Source: Betaproteobacteria bacterium UBA5216 (GTDB taxonomy: Bacteria > Pseudomonadota > Gammaproteobacteria > Burkholderiales > SG8-41). Taken from it: a DNA stretch of 64,000 nucleotides. Positions 29,101 through 37,421 of the stretch are shown piece after piece (the first letter of the stretch is position 1; every line of letters begins with the position of its first letter). Location: contig DHVE01000053.1 of NCBI GenBank assembly GCA_002412495.1, positions 1,231-65,230 of the forward strand, read 5' to 3'. The notes below the pieces were generated by a model. That model was not told where the DNA came from. It ran no database searches and saw only the letters and a list, made by a program, of their open reading frames with translations. The translations under genes were made by a program, and so were the position numbers.

Positions 29101-30450
29101 CTAGAATAACTCTACGTCTACTTTTTGTACTTTACCGGGCGCCAAGTCCTCGCGAACCGCGATACGCGATTCACCCTCCGAAGCCGAGGCGCCATCCGCG
29201 GCACGCGCCAAACCCGCGGCGCGCGTATTGGATTCGGAGTCCGAAAGGGACTCCGCCGCCTTCGCCAACAGCGGCGCCTTGATGTGCTGAAGTTTTTGCT
29301 GGGTAATATCCTGATACTGCATCGCGACGATAATCTGATTGATATCGTTGCGCACATCCTTGCCCAGCGAGGTGATCTTCTCCAGCGTGGTGGTGACCTC
29401 CCGCGCCTTTTCCATCGTGGCGATGTTGAGCTGCGACACATCTACCTTGGCCTGCACGGCCGCCAGCCGCACATTGTCGCTGGATTTACTCAACTCTTCG
29501 TAAGTGCCGCCCATCACTTCACGGATCTTCTCCAGACCATCGCGCATGCGGCGCGTCAACTCATGTGCCGATGTGCTGGTCTCGCGAATGCGGTCTGCAA
29601 TTTCAACAAACCAGCGGCCATCGGCATTGGCGTCGCGGTTGGCCGCCACCGTGGAATCGAGCGCCAGCTTGCGAATTCGCGCCGCCATGTTGCGCAATTC
29701 GTCCAGCATTTCGTCTATTGCCAGTGAATGTTCTCGCACCACATCCTGATGGCGTGACATTTCTTCGGATGCCTTGGAAAAATCCATCATGCGGCTGGTA
29801 ACGTTATCCAGTTGCCGTTCGTACGCCGTGATGAAATCAGGCAACGACAACCAGGCAGATCCACCAGCCCCGTCGGCCGAACTGCTCTTTAGCAGCCGCA
29901 CGGCACTGTCCATTTGCTGCCCGGTCTTGTCCATGATGACGCGAAAGCTCTTGCCGATCTTCGCGGCAGCCGCCTCGGATTGCTGAGTCACGTCGTCCAG
30001 AGACGCGCGCGCATGCCGGATGCTATCTCCCGCGATATGCGACGATTCCATCCATTGGTTCAGCAAACCTTGCATCAGCGCCATCGACTGCGCGGTGGCA
30101 ACCGCATCACCCGTATTGCGCACCGGCGTGTCCGTCGCCTGCGCGGGCGCTGATTCCGCGCGGCTGGCCATCACATGGTAAATCAGGAATAACGACACCA
30201 CCGAAAACACCAGCGAAACGCCCGCAACCCACAACGGCACCGCCCACACACCCCATATCCAGGGAAGCAGCACGGCCGCCGCGCACAGCGCCAGCGCCTT
30301 GCCTTTTCCCTTATCCTGCCGCTGCGCCCGCTCCTTGTTTTTTTCTGTTTCGGGCTTTTCCACCTTTATGGCGCCGCCACCAGCACTGGCGTTTCCACCA
30401 CGGGACGTCCCACCACCCTCCGGCTCGCTGAGATCGAAATCGACGCTCAC
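29101..30450 (-). CDS. Degenerate MCP-like membrane protein (no canonical signalling tip)
   Basis: 449 aa with a GTG start. Gly/Lys-rich N-tail and two adjacent TM helices. The long helical region retains recognisable but diverged versions of the MCP tip (LALDSTVAANRDANADGRWFVEIADRIRE versus [30 protein letters not shown]) and of the QMDxxTQQNA block (AMQYQDITQQKLQ). Confidence 0.6.
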   Translation of the reverse strand: MSVDFDLSEPEGGGTSRGGNASAGGGAIKVEKPETEKNKERAQRQDKGKGKALALCAAAVLLPWIWGVWAVPLWVAGVSLVFSVVSLFLIYHVMASRAESAPAQATDTPVRNTGDAVATAQSMALMQGLLNQWMESSHIAGDSIRHARASLDDVTQQSEAAAAKIGKSFRVIMDKTGQQMDSAVRLLKSSSADGAGGSAWLSLPDFITAYERQLDNVTSRMMDFSKASEEMSRHQDVVREHSLAIDEMLDELRNMAARIRKLALDSTVAANRDANADGRWFVEIADRIRETSTSAHELTRRMRDGLEKIREVMGGTYEELSKSSDNVRLAAVQAKVDVSQLNIATMEKAREVTTTLEKITSLGKDVRNDINQIIVAMQYQDITQQKLQHIKAPLLAKAAESLSDSESNTRAAGLARAADGASASEGESRIAVREDLAPGKVQKVDVELF

Positions 30451-30770
30451 GTATCCCCTCCCAATACCGCGTCTATCGCCAGCAGCGAAAGCAACTCGCT
30501 CAAGCGCTCCGACGGATTATTAATCCGTACTGATTTCCCTTGTTCACGCGCACGCACCACGGCGACAGCCAGCAGCTGTGCCAGGGCCGTATCCGGTCGA
30601 GCCACCGCGGACGCATCCAGTTCCACCACTGCATGCGCTTGCAGGCGATCGCGAATCTCTTTCCAGATTTCGTCGATTTCGCGTATTCCGGCGTCCGCGG
30701 CAAGAGCGTATGAATTAGTAGGCACTTTTATTATGACTGACGATGATCCAGCACAGTTTGGTGGATGCAC
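30447..30770 (-). CDS. STAS domain protein (anti-sigma-factor-antagonist-like)
   Basis: 107-aa ORF with a GTG start (the start is uncertain). VVELDASAVARPDTALAQLLAVAVVRAREQGKSVRINNPSERLSELLSLLAID resembles a STAS/SpoIIAA-like fold pattern. Its stop overlaps the next gene's start (GTGA). Confidence 0.6.
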   Translation of the reverse strand: MHPPNCAGSSSVIIKVPTNSYALAADAGIREIDEIWKEIRDRLQAHAVVELDASAVARPDTALAQLLAVAVVRAREQGKSVRINNPSERLSELLSLLAIDAVLGGDT

Positions 30771-30957
30771 GGATTATAAACATTCACGTCCGCCGCGTTT
30801 GAAATTCCCGCTTGCGTCACGCACCGGTCTTCACCTACAAAGCCTCCATTCCAACAGCATTACTTTACCAACGGATCGGCGGTAATCAGCGGCATGCCCG
30901 TATTAACCAATATTTTTATAAAACAATCGCTTACCATGTGCACAATGACAGCGGGGA

Positions 30958-32076
30958 TTACTTGCCGCGCATCTCGGCCATCGAGCGCGCATACTGCCCA
31001 TCGGAGCGCTTTAACGCTCGGGTAACCGCCTTGGTCGCGCCAAACGTAGGTATCACCGCCGAGTGCTTGCCGGCGCCGCCAATCACGGCAATCAGCAGAT
31101 TGTCAGCGTTGTGTATCATGGGCACTGGCGCGTCCATTCCGGCATTTTTGTAGACAGAGGCAAATGCCACTCGAAAGCGCCGTTCAATGTTCTCTTTGGA
31201 AAACGTCCCCAGCGGAAGCGTCGCGTGTTGTGCGATGAATTGCTTGGCTGCCCGCTTGCTGATGCCGTCATTGGCGATAGTCGCGGCGTGTTCCGGCCCC
31301 ATCACCACCAGCGGCATGGCGTCGGGATAATAGATGTCGTTCGAGCCGGTTGAAATCAGGGTGCCCGCGATGGTCTTGAGGATGCCTTCACCGCTGATGC
31401 TTTCATGATCGTTCACGTTATGCGGGCACTCCCCGCCGACCACCGTGACGCAAGTGGCTTCACGGGGGAAACCCCGCTCCACATGCAGCGGCACCCAGGG
31501 GTTTCCTGCTTCGTTTTCAGCCACGCAATAGGAATATTTGTTCGGCCCGCCGAATGTGGACATATCGCCAAGCGCGGGGATGGCACCGCCAATATTCAAT
31601 AAAATCAATCGGATAGCGCGCCCTATCGTGGCATTGCTATGAGTCCCGGGACCAAAGGCATTGTGCCCGCTGTTCATGCCCAGTTCTTTCGCCCCGGGGC
31701 CATTGACGATGACCAGCGGTGAACACATATGTGTGGTCGCCTGAATCCCATACAGGTTAAAGGCCTCGTCGCACATGGCCTCGACCGCCAGAATAATCAA
31801 CGGAAAATATTCCGGCTTGCAACCGGCCATAACCGCATTCGCCGCCAAACGCACGGGCGTAGCCTCGCCATAACGCGGCGCTACCTTGCCCACCGGCTCA
31901 TTCCACGGGCGATCACAGTACTCCAGCATCGCGGCGACTCGTTCCTCCGTGGGCGGTATCAGCGGCAGGCCGTCTCCCCATCCCTTTTCCAGATAAAGCG
32001 CGTTTATTGAAAAGAAATCGTCCTTGGCTTCCAAGCTAGCATCCGGGGCTTTTAACAATGCCGAAAGATCGTTCAC
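30958..32076 (-). CDS. Conserved hypothetical protein, translationally coupled to the UGSC selenoprotein
   Basis: 372-aa ORF with coding-like composition. ATGA overlap with the upstream gene's stop. No family recognised (GWGDGLPLIPPT, several Cys). Confidence 0.65.
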   Translation of the reverse strand: MNDLSALLKAPDASLEAKDDFFSINALYLEKGWGDGLPLIPPTEERVAAMLEYCDRPWNEPVGKVAPRYGEATPVRLAANAVMAGCKPEYFPLIILAVEAMCDEAFNLYGIQATTHMCSPLVIVNGPGAKELGMNSGHNAFGPGTHSNATIGRAIRLILLNIGGAIPALGDMSTFGGPNKYSYCVAENEAGNPWVPLHVERGFPREATCVTVVGGECPHNVNDHESISGEGILKTIAGTLISTGSNDIYYPDAMPLVVMGPEHAATIANDGISKRAAKQFIAQHATLPLGTFSKENIERRFRVAFASVYKNAGMDAPVPMIHNADNLLIAVIGGAGKHSAVIPTFGATKAVTRALKRSDGQYARSMAEMRGK

Positions 32077-32621
32077 TTCGAATGCTCCTTGATCAACTTC
32101 ACAAACTCAGGGATGGCCACTCCCGCGCGCCCTTCGACTTTTTCCAGCGAAATTCCGCCCAGCGGATGCGGTATTACGATCAATGGCAAATCCGGCACGC
32201 CAAACACGCGCGATTGCGCCTTACCCAGTTTCAGGAAGGGATCCGTACAGATTACCGCCGTTACCAAACCGCGTTTACGTAACTCTGACATATCGTGGAC
32301 ACTCCACGATGTGCAGGAACCTCAATCCGCCATGGCGCTGATGACGCAATCCGCCTGGGCGGTGAATTCATCCAGCACATTTTTCTCGGCCGGAATCGAT
32401 GGCGACGGCTTCCGGAGCGCCACCACGGAAGCCACCTTCATTTGCGCCTTCACCCCTTCCACAATGAACTTCAGCAGGTGGTCTGCGTTGCCTTTGCTGT
32501 TATCGAGAATGCCGAGCCGTATGCCGTCAACGGATAAGTCACGTTGTCGCCCGGTCGCAATTGCCGCTGGCGGCGGCGCTTCGGGCACCACCAATCTCAC
32601 CATTGCCATGGTATTGCTCAT
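32073..32621 (-). CDS. UGSC family selenoprotein (in-frame TGA at 32322-32324 read as Sec); the ORF track splits it into 32322..32717 and 32073..32291
   Basis: The TGA and the downstream ATG at 32291 are 33 nt apart, so they are in frame. Read-through gives ...DCVISAMAD-U-GSCTSWSVHD-MSELRKRG.... There is a hairpin 11 nt downstream of the TGA. The preferred start is the ATG at 32621 (MSNTMAMV), preceded by GGAGG. Confidence 0.7.
32292..32310 (-). promoter_or_regulatory. Candidate bacterial SECIS hairpin
   Basis: The minus-strand RNA AUCGUGGA-GUG-UCCACGAU forms a perfect 8-bp stem with a G/U-containing apical loop. It starts 11 nt after the UGA. Confidence 0.5.
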
Positions 32622-32886
32622 GAAATTACCTCCAAACTGTCGGGAAGCTGCCGACTTTATCGTATGCGCTGCCCTGCGGCAAACCCGTAAGGCGTTGACC
32701 CAAAAATGCACTGTCAATCAAGAGATTAGCTCCGCCAAGCCGCGTTTGGTGGCCCAATACCCCGATGTCTTTATTTCTAATAGCATTTGAACATGTCTCA
32801 GGATATCCTGTACCTGTTTTCAATAACCAACCGGCAACAAATGACCGTGTATCCATCGGCCACGAATACTTGCACTAAAGGGTCTG

Positions 32887-35544
32887 GTGCATACGCTATC
32901 CCGCAAGGAGCGACCCGCTCCCGTCTTGATCTGCGGCGACAAGGTGCTCGAATTGCCTGAGCGCCTGCTGCGAAATTCCATTGCAAGGAAGGTCTCCCTA
33001 GGCATCGCCACTATCGTCTTGGCGACTGCTACCGCAATGCTGATAACGCACTACGTATCGTCCGTCGCGGTACATTCGTTGCAGGAATCTCACGATCTCG
33101 TGCAGGCCATGACCAGCGCGGCCAGCGACATGGAGTTCGATACGGTATCGGGCGGAATAAGTGTTTTGCAATATCTCCAAACCGGTGATCCGGCTTATCG
33201 GGACGCCTATCAGCGGCACAGTACGCACTTTCGGCAATACTCGGACCGGTTGCTCGCTCTGGCTCGATTCGAACAGTGGCAAAAACCCGCACGCGCCATA
33301 GCCAGCCAATTCAATGAGCTGGACCGCATCAGCACCAGCCTCATTGCGCTGCCGGTAGCCGGCGACGGCACCAGCCATCCCTCGGCCGTGCCACTGCAGG
33401 ACCATCGCGCTCAACTGGACAGAATGTCGGTTCTGCAGCAACAGATAGTTACCACCATAGCCACCCAGCTCAAGCCCACACTCAAACTGTACACCATTGA
33501 AGCCGCCGATACCGCAAGCCGGCAGATGCTGCGCGTCCTGCTGCTGGCCGGCGGTACGTCGCTGGGCCTGCTTTTATTATCATTGCTGGCGGCCCGTTAC
33601 GTACGGCGCTCGATTATTGAACCGGTGCGAAAACTCTCGGCCAGTACCGACGCCATTGCGCGTGGGGATCTCGACCATCGCGTCATTCTCGCCGGCAACG
33701 ATGAATACTCCGACCTGGCGAAAAACTTTAATTACATGATCGATCAGTTGCAGAGCACCACGGTCTCCCGGGCGCTGCACGAGGAACAGGAAATACGCCT
33801 GCGGACGCTGCTGGACGGTGTCTACGACTACGCCATTTTTTCCGTCGATGCGCATGGTTTTGTCAATCACTGGAACCAGGCAAGCACGCGCATCCTCGGC
33901 TATGACGCCGCCGACATGCAAGGCGTGTCGTTTGCGCGAATCTTCGCGGACAAGCAGGATGCGCGGCTGGCGCGCGACGAGGGACTCGCGGCCATCGCGG
34001 AAGCAGGCCGCTTTGAAACCGACAGCAGCCTGACTCGCAAGGATGGCACAACGTTCCACGCCAACGTTGTCGTCACGCCATTAACGGCAGTGCACAGTGA
34101 AATCAAGGGATATACCGTGGTGGTGCGCGATATCACGGAACGCGTGAAAGCCGAGCGACACATTGAACAACTCGCCACCAAAGACCCGCTGACTGGTTTG
34201 TCGAATCGCGGCATGCTGATTGAACAGATGCACACGGCCATTGTCCGGGCGGCGCGCGCGCGAACCCAACTGGCGGTTCTGTTTATCGATCTCGATCACT
34301 TCAAGGCGGTCAACGATACCTTGGGACACGCGGCCGGCGATGATTTATTGCGGGAGTGCGCGAGACGCCTGACGGAATGCGTGCGCGAGCTCGACTCGGT
34401 GGCGCGCCTCGGGGGCGACGAATTCGTGGTGCTATTGACCGACATTATCGACACCAGCATCGTTGCTCCCATCGCGCAACGCATGCTGGATTTACTCACC
34501 ACCCCCTACGAACTGCACGGCCATAGCGCCCAAACGTCCGCCAGCATCGGCATTTGTTTCTATCCCATGGACGGTAACGACGTTACTACCTTGATGAAAA
34601 ACGCCGATATCGCGATGTACCATGCCAAGGAACTGAACCGCAACAATTTCCAGTTTTACGCCGAAGAGATGAACCAGCGCATATTGCAACGGCTTCAGCT
34701 GGAACGTGAATTGCGCGCTGCCGTGCAAAATGGCGAATTCGTACTGCATTACCAGCCGCAAGTCGTCGTGGCCACCGGAAAAATTCGCGGCGTCGAGTCG
34801 CTGGTGCGCTGGCAGCATCCCTCGCGAGGGCTGTTATCTCCCGCCGAATTCATCTCGGTAGTGGAGGAAACCGGCTTGATCCTGCCGTTGGGTGAATGGA
34901 TTTTGAATGAAGCCTGCCGCACGGTTAAAGCCTGGCGCAAAACGGGTGTCAACGTGCCTTATGTTGTCGTCAATGTGTCCGCGGCACAATTGGGCGACGG
35001 CTTGGTGACCGCCGTCAGAAACGCGTTGATTGAGCACGAAATGGAGCCTGGCTGGCTGATGCTCGAAATCACCGAAACCATGCTAATGGCACACGTGGAA
35101 GAAGCCATTGCCATCCTGCGGCGCATTCGTGAGTTGGGTATACGAATCGCGATGGATGATTTCGGTACTGGCTATTCATCGCTCAGCGTACTGCAGCGCC
35201 TGCCACTCGACATGCTTAAAATCGACCGCAGTTTTGTCGTCACCATAGACGACGACGCCGGCAACGCGCGCGCCGTGGCTATTATCGGCGCCATTATCGC
35301 CATTGCCAAAGAGCTCAACCTCGGTGTCGTTGCCGAAGGCGTCGATTCAACCACGCAGCTGGCGTTCCTCCGCACACTGAACTGCGATACCTATCAAGGA
35401 TATCTTTTCAGCAAACCCGTGGATGCCGCCGCGATTGAAAGGTTATTCGCGGCGCCCGTAAGATCCGTGCTCGAAGATCATAACGGGCGCGCGATTACCA
35501 TGACAACCAAAGTTTCCATGGAATTGCCGGTCGATGCGCATTGA
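32887..35544 (+). CDS. Membrane sensor diguanylate cyclase/phosphodiesterase (periplasmic domain-HAMP-PAS-GGDEF-EAL)
   Basis: 885 aa. Two TM segments flank a periplasmic region of about 160 aa. HAMP (IARGDLDHRV), PAS, GGDEF (RLGGDEFVVLL) and EAL domain blocks (ESLVRW, DDFGTGYSSL, KIDRSFV). GTG start, uncertain. Confidence 0.85.
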   Translation: MHTLSRKERPAPVLICGDKVLELPERLLRNSIARKVSLGIATIVLATATAMLITHYVSSVAVHSLQESHDLVQAMTSAASDMEFDTVSGGISVLQYLQTGDPAYRDAYQRHSTHFRQYSDRLLALARFEQWQKPARAIASQFNELDRISTSLIALPVAGDGTSHPSAVPLQDHRAQLDRMSVLQQQIVTTIATQLKPTLKLYTIEAADTASRQMLRVLLLAGGTSLGLLLLSLLAARYVRRSIIEPVRKLSASTDAIARGDLDHRVILAGNDEYSDLAKNFNYMIDQLQSTTVSRALHEEQEIRLRTLLDGVYDYAIFSVDAHGFVNHWNQASTRILGYDAADMQGVSFARIFADKQDARLARDEGLAAIAEAGRFETDSSLTRKDGTTFHANVVVTPLTAVHSEIKGYTVVVRDITERVKAERHIEQLATKDPLTGLSNRGMLIEQMHTAIVRAARARTQLAVLFIDLDHFKAVNDTLGHAAGDDLLRECARRLTECVRELDSVARLGGDEFVVLLTDIIDTSIVAPIAQRMLDLLTTPYELHGHSAQTSASIGICFYPMDGNDVTTLMKNADIAMYHAKELNRNNFQFYAEEMNQRILQRLQLERELRAAVQNGEFVLHYQPQVVVATGKIRGVESLVRWQHPSRGLLSPAEFISVVEETGLILPLGEWILNEACRTVKAWRKTGVNVPYVVVNVSAAQLGDGLVTAVRNALIEHEMEPGWLMLEITETMLMAHVEEAIAILRRIRELGIRIAMDDFGTGYSSLSVLQRLPLDMLKIDRSFVVTIDDDAGNARAVAIIGAIIAIAKELNLGVVAEGVDSTTQLAFLRTLNCDTYQGYLFSKPVDAAAIERLFAAPVRSVLEDHNGRAITMTTKVSMELPVDAH

Positions 35545-36526
35545 TGCCCCGCGCTGCCTGGCCGCGGCTTGCGTGTTCCTGACTGCAGGCTGTTTCGCGC
35601 AAACCGCAACACCGGGATCCACGCCTGCGTATCCGTCCAAGCCCATCCGTCTGATACACGGTTACGCATCGGGCAGTTCGATGGATCTCAACGCGAGAAC
35701 GGTCGCGCAGAGGCTCTCGGAAGCGTTCGGGCAACAAGTCATCGTGGATATCCGGACCGGCGCCACCGGTGTGATCGCGGCGGAGTTGGTCATGAACAGC
35801 GTTGCCGACGGATACACCTTGCTAGCCGCGCCGGGCTCCGCCCTGACCGCCACACCGCATTTGCAGAAGGTGCCGTTTGATCCGTTGAAGGACTTCACCG
35901 CCATCGCCCCCTTCGGGGATTTTTCGTTTCTGCTGGCGGGACATCCTGCTTTGCCGGCAAAAAATGCCCGCGACCTTATTGCAATGGCGAAAGCGCGCCC
36001 CGGCAACCTGTCGTATGGCTCCAATGGGGTGGGCAGCGCCTATCACATCGCCGGCGCCTTGTTCGCCACCCTGGCCGGCATACAGTTGCTGCATGTGCCG
36101 TATCGTGGCGGGGGCGCCACGGCCATCACCGATCTGGTCAGCGGGCGCGTTGATATGATGTGGAATAACCCTGCTTTTCTACTGCCGAATGTGCGGGCCG
36201 GCAAACTCAAGGCACTTGGCGTCACCGGCCGGCAGCGCATACCTGGAATCAAAGACGTGCCGACGATTGCCGAAAGCGGATTGCCCGGCTATGAGATATC
36301 CGGCTGGCAAGGTCTGCTCGGCCCTGCGCACCTGCCCAAGGGCGTGGTAGCCCGCCTGCACGGGGCGCTGCTCGATGCGTTTTCCACATCCGCCATGCAA
36401 ACCCTCTGGGAATCGCGCGGCATGACCTTCGTGCAACAATCGCCCGAACAATTTTCCCTGCGTCTGCGCCAGGATTTCGAGACCTATGGCAAACTGATCC
36501 GGCAGGTGGGCAACAAAATCGACTGA
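35534..36526 (+). CDS. Bug family (TctC-like) substrate-binding protein
   Basis: 330 aa. Signal peptide, then AYPSKPIRLIHGYASGS. The ATG overlaps the end of the GGDEF-EAL gene by 11 nt. Confidence 0.85.
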   Translation: MRIDAPRCLAAACVFLTAGCFAQTATPGSTPAYPSKPIRLIHGYASGSSMDLNARTVAQRLSEAFGQQVIVDIRTGATGVIAAELVMNSVADGYTLLAAPGSALTATPHLQKVPFDPLKDFTAIAPFGDFSFLLAGHPALPAKNARDLIAMAKARPGNLSYGSNGVGSAYHIAGALFATLAGIQLLHVPYRGGGATAITDLVSGRVDMMWNNPAFLLPNVRAGKLKALGVTGRQRIPGIKDVPTIAESGLPGYEISGWQGLLGPAHLPKGVVARLHGALLDAFSTSAMQTLWESRGMTFVQQSPEQFSLRLRQDFETYGKLIRQVGNKID

Positions 36527-36536
36527 GACGCGGATC

Positions 36537-37181
36537 TCAGAGCGATGTCAGTCCTTCGCGCACGGCATACTTGGTCAATTCCGCTACCGTGCGCAAGTCA
36601 AGTTTGCGCATCATGTTGCGCCGATGCGCCTCCACGGTGCCTTCCGTGATGCCCAGTCGGCGGGCAATCGCCGTGGTGCGCACACCGTCGGCCACCAGCC
36701 GCAGCACTTCCCGCTCTCGTGCACTCAGCGGCGACACATTGGTCGCTGTTGTGTCGGCATCCGGCAAAAACTGCCCCATCACCAGGGAGGTAACTTCCGG
36801 GCTGAGAAAGTTTTGCCCCGCAGCCACCGCACGTATCGCCCGCGGCAACTCCGTCGCCGCGGCGGCCTTAGAAACATAGCCCGCGGCACCCGCCTTTAAC
36901 GACTCCTGCACGAAACGCTTATCCATGTAAGCGGACAGCACCAGAATCCGCATTTGCGGCATTTCCTTATATAGCGTCTGCGCGACCTGCACACCATTGA
37001 CGCCGGGCATTGCGATATCAAGCACCAGCACATCTGGCCTGCAATCACGGGCAAGCGTCATCGTCGATGACCCATCTTCGGTCACCCCCGCAATTTCCAT
37101 GTCTGGCTCGTTTTTTAATATCAGTATCAGCGCATCGCGCAGCATTCGATGATCGTCTGCCAGCATGACTCGAATGGACAT
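36537..37181 (-). CDS. NarL/FixJ family two-component response regulator
   Basis: 214 aa. REC (VMLADDHRMLRD...DVLVLDIAMPG) plus LuxR HTH (LSAREREVLRLVADGVRTTAIARRLGITEGTVEAHRRNMMRKL). Confidence 0.9.
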   Translation of the reverse strand: MSIRVMLADDHRMLRDALILILKNEPDMEIAGVTEDGSSTMTLARDCRPDVLVLDIAMPGVNGVQVAQTLYKEMPQMRILVLSAYMDKRFVQESLKAGAAGYVSKAAAATELPRAIRAVAAGQNFLSPEVTSLVMGQFLPDADTTATNVSPLSAREREVLRLVADGVRTTAIARRLGITEGTVEAHRRNMMRKLDLRTVAELTKYAVREGLTSL

Positions 37182-37421
37182 TGGTTCTTACCCTTTTCAA
37201 AAACATGAACACTGCCATGGATCGCGGCACCGGAAATTGCGCCTGCGCTGCTGCGCCTTTGCACGGATGCGATACATGGATATTCACAATCTATTGCGAA
37301 GGAAACAATCCCCGCTATCTGCAATTCCAGTACCGGTTATTCCATACACCCGAATTTGCACTCATCCCGTTCACCACAAATGAGCGCAGGTCACAGAAAT
37401 TAACTTTCCATTTATAATCAA

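Noticed and set aside
29293-29322. The MQYQDITQQ segment has D-x3-Q spacing like the CheZ phosphatase active site (QDLTGQ). I first took it to mean that the 449-aa protein is a membrane-anchored CheZ.
   Set aside because: The same block aligns with the universally conserved MCP motif (QMDxxTQQNA, seen as [13 protein letters not shown] in the adjacent MCP). A diverged MCP hairpin tip lies upstream at the correct distance. A degenerate MCP is the more economical reading, and phosphatase function cannot be inferred.
30855-30871. A sigma-54-like TGG...TGC element (TTGGTAAAGTAATGCTG on the minus strand) upstream of the che operon.
   Set aside because: The GG-to-GC spacing is one nucleotide short of the -24/-12 consensus, and the flanking consensus bases are poor. 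It is not reportable as a promoter.
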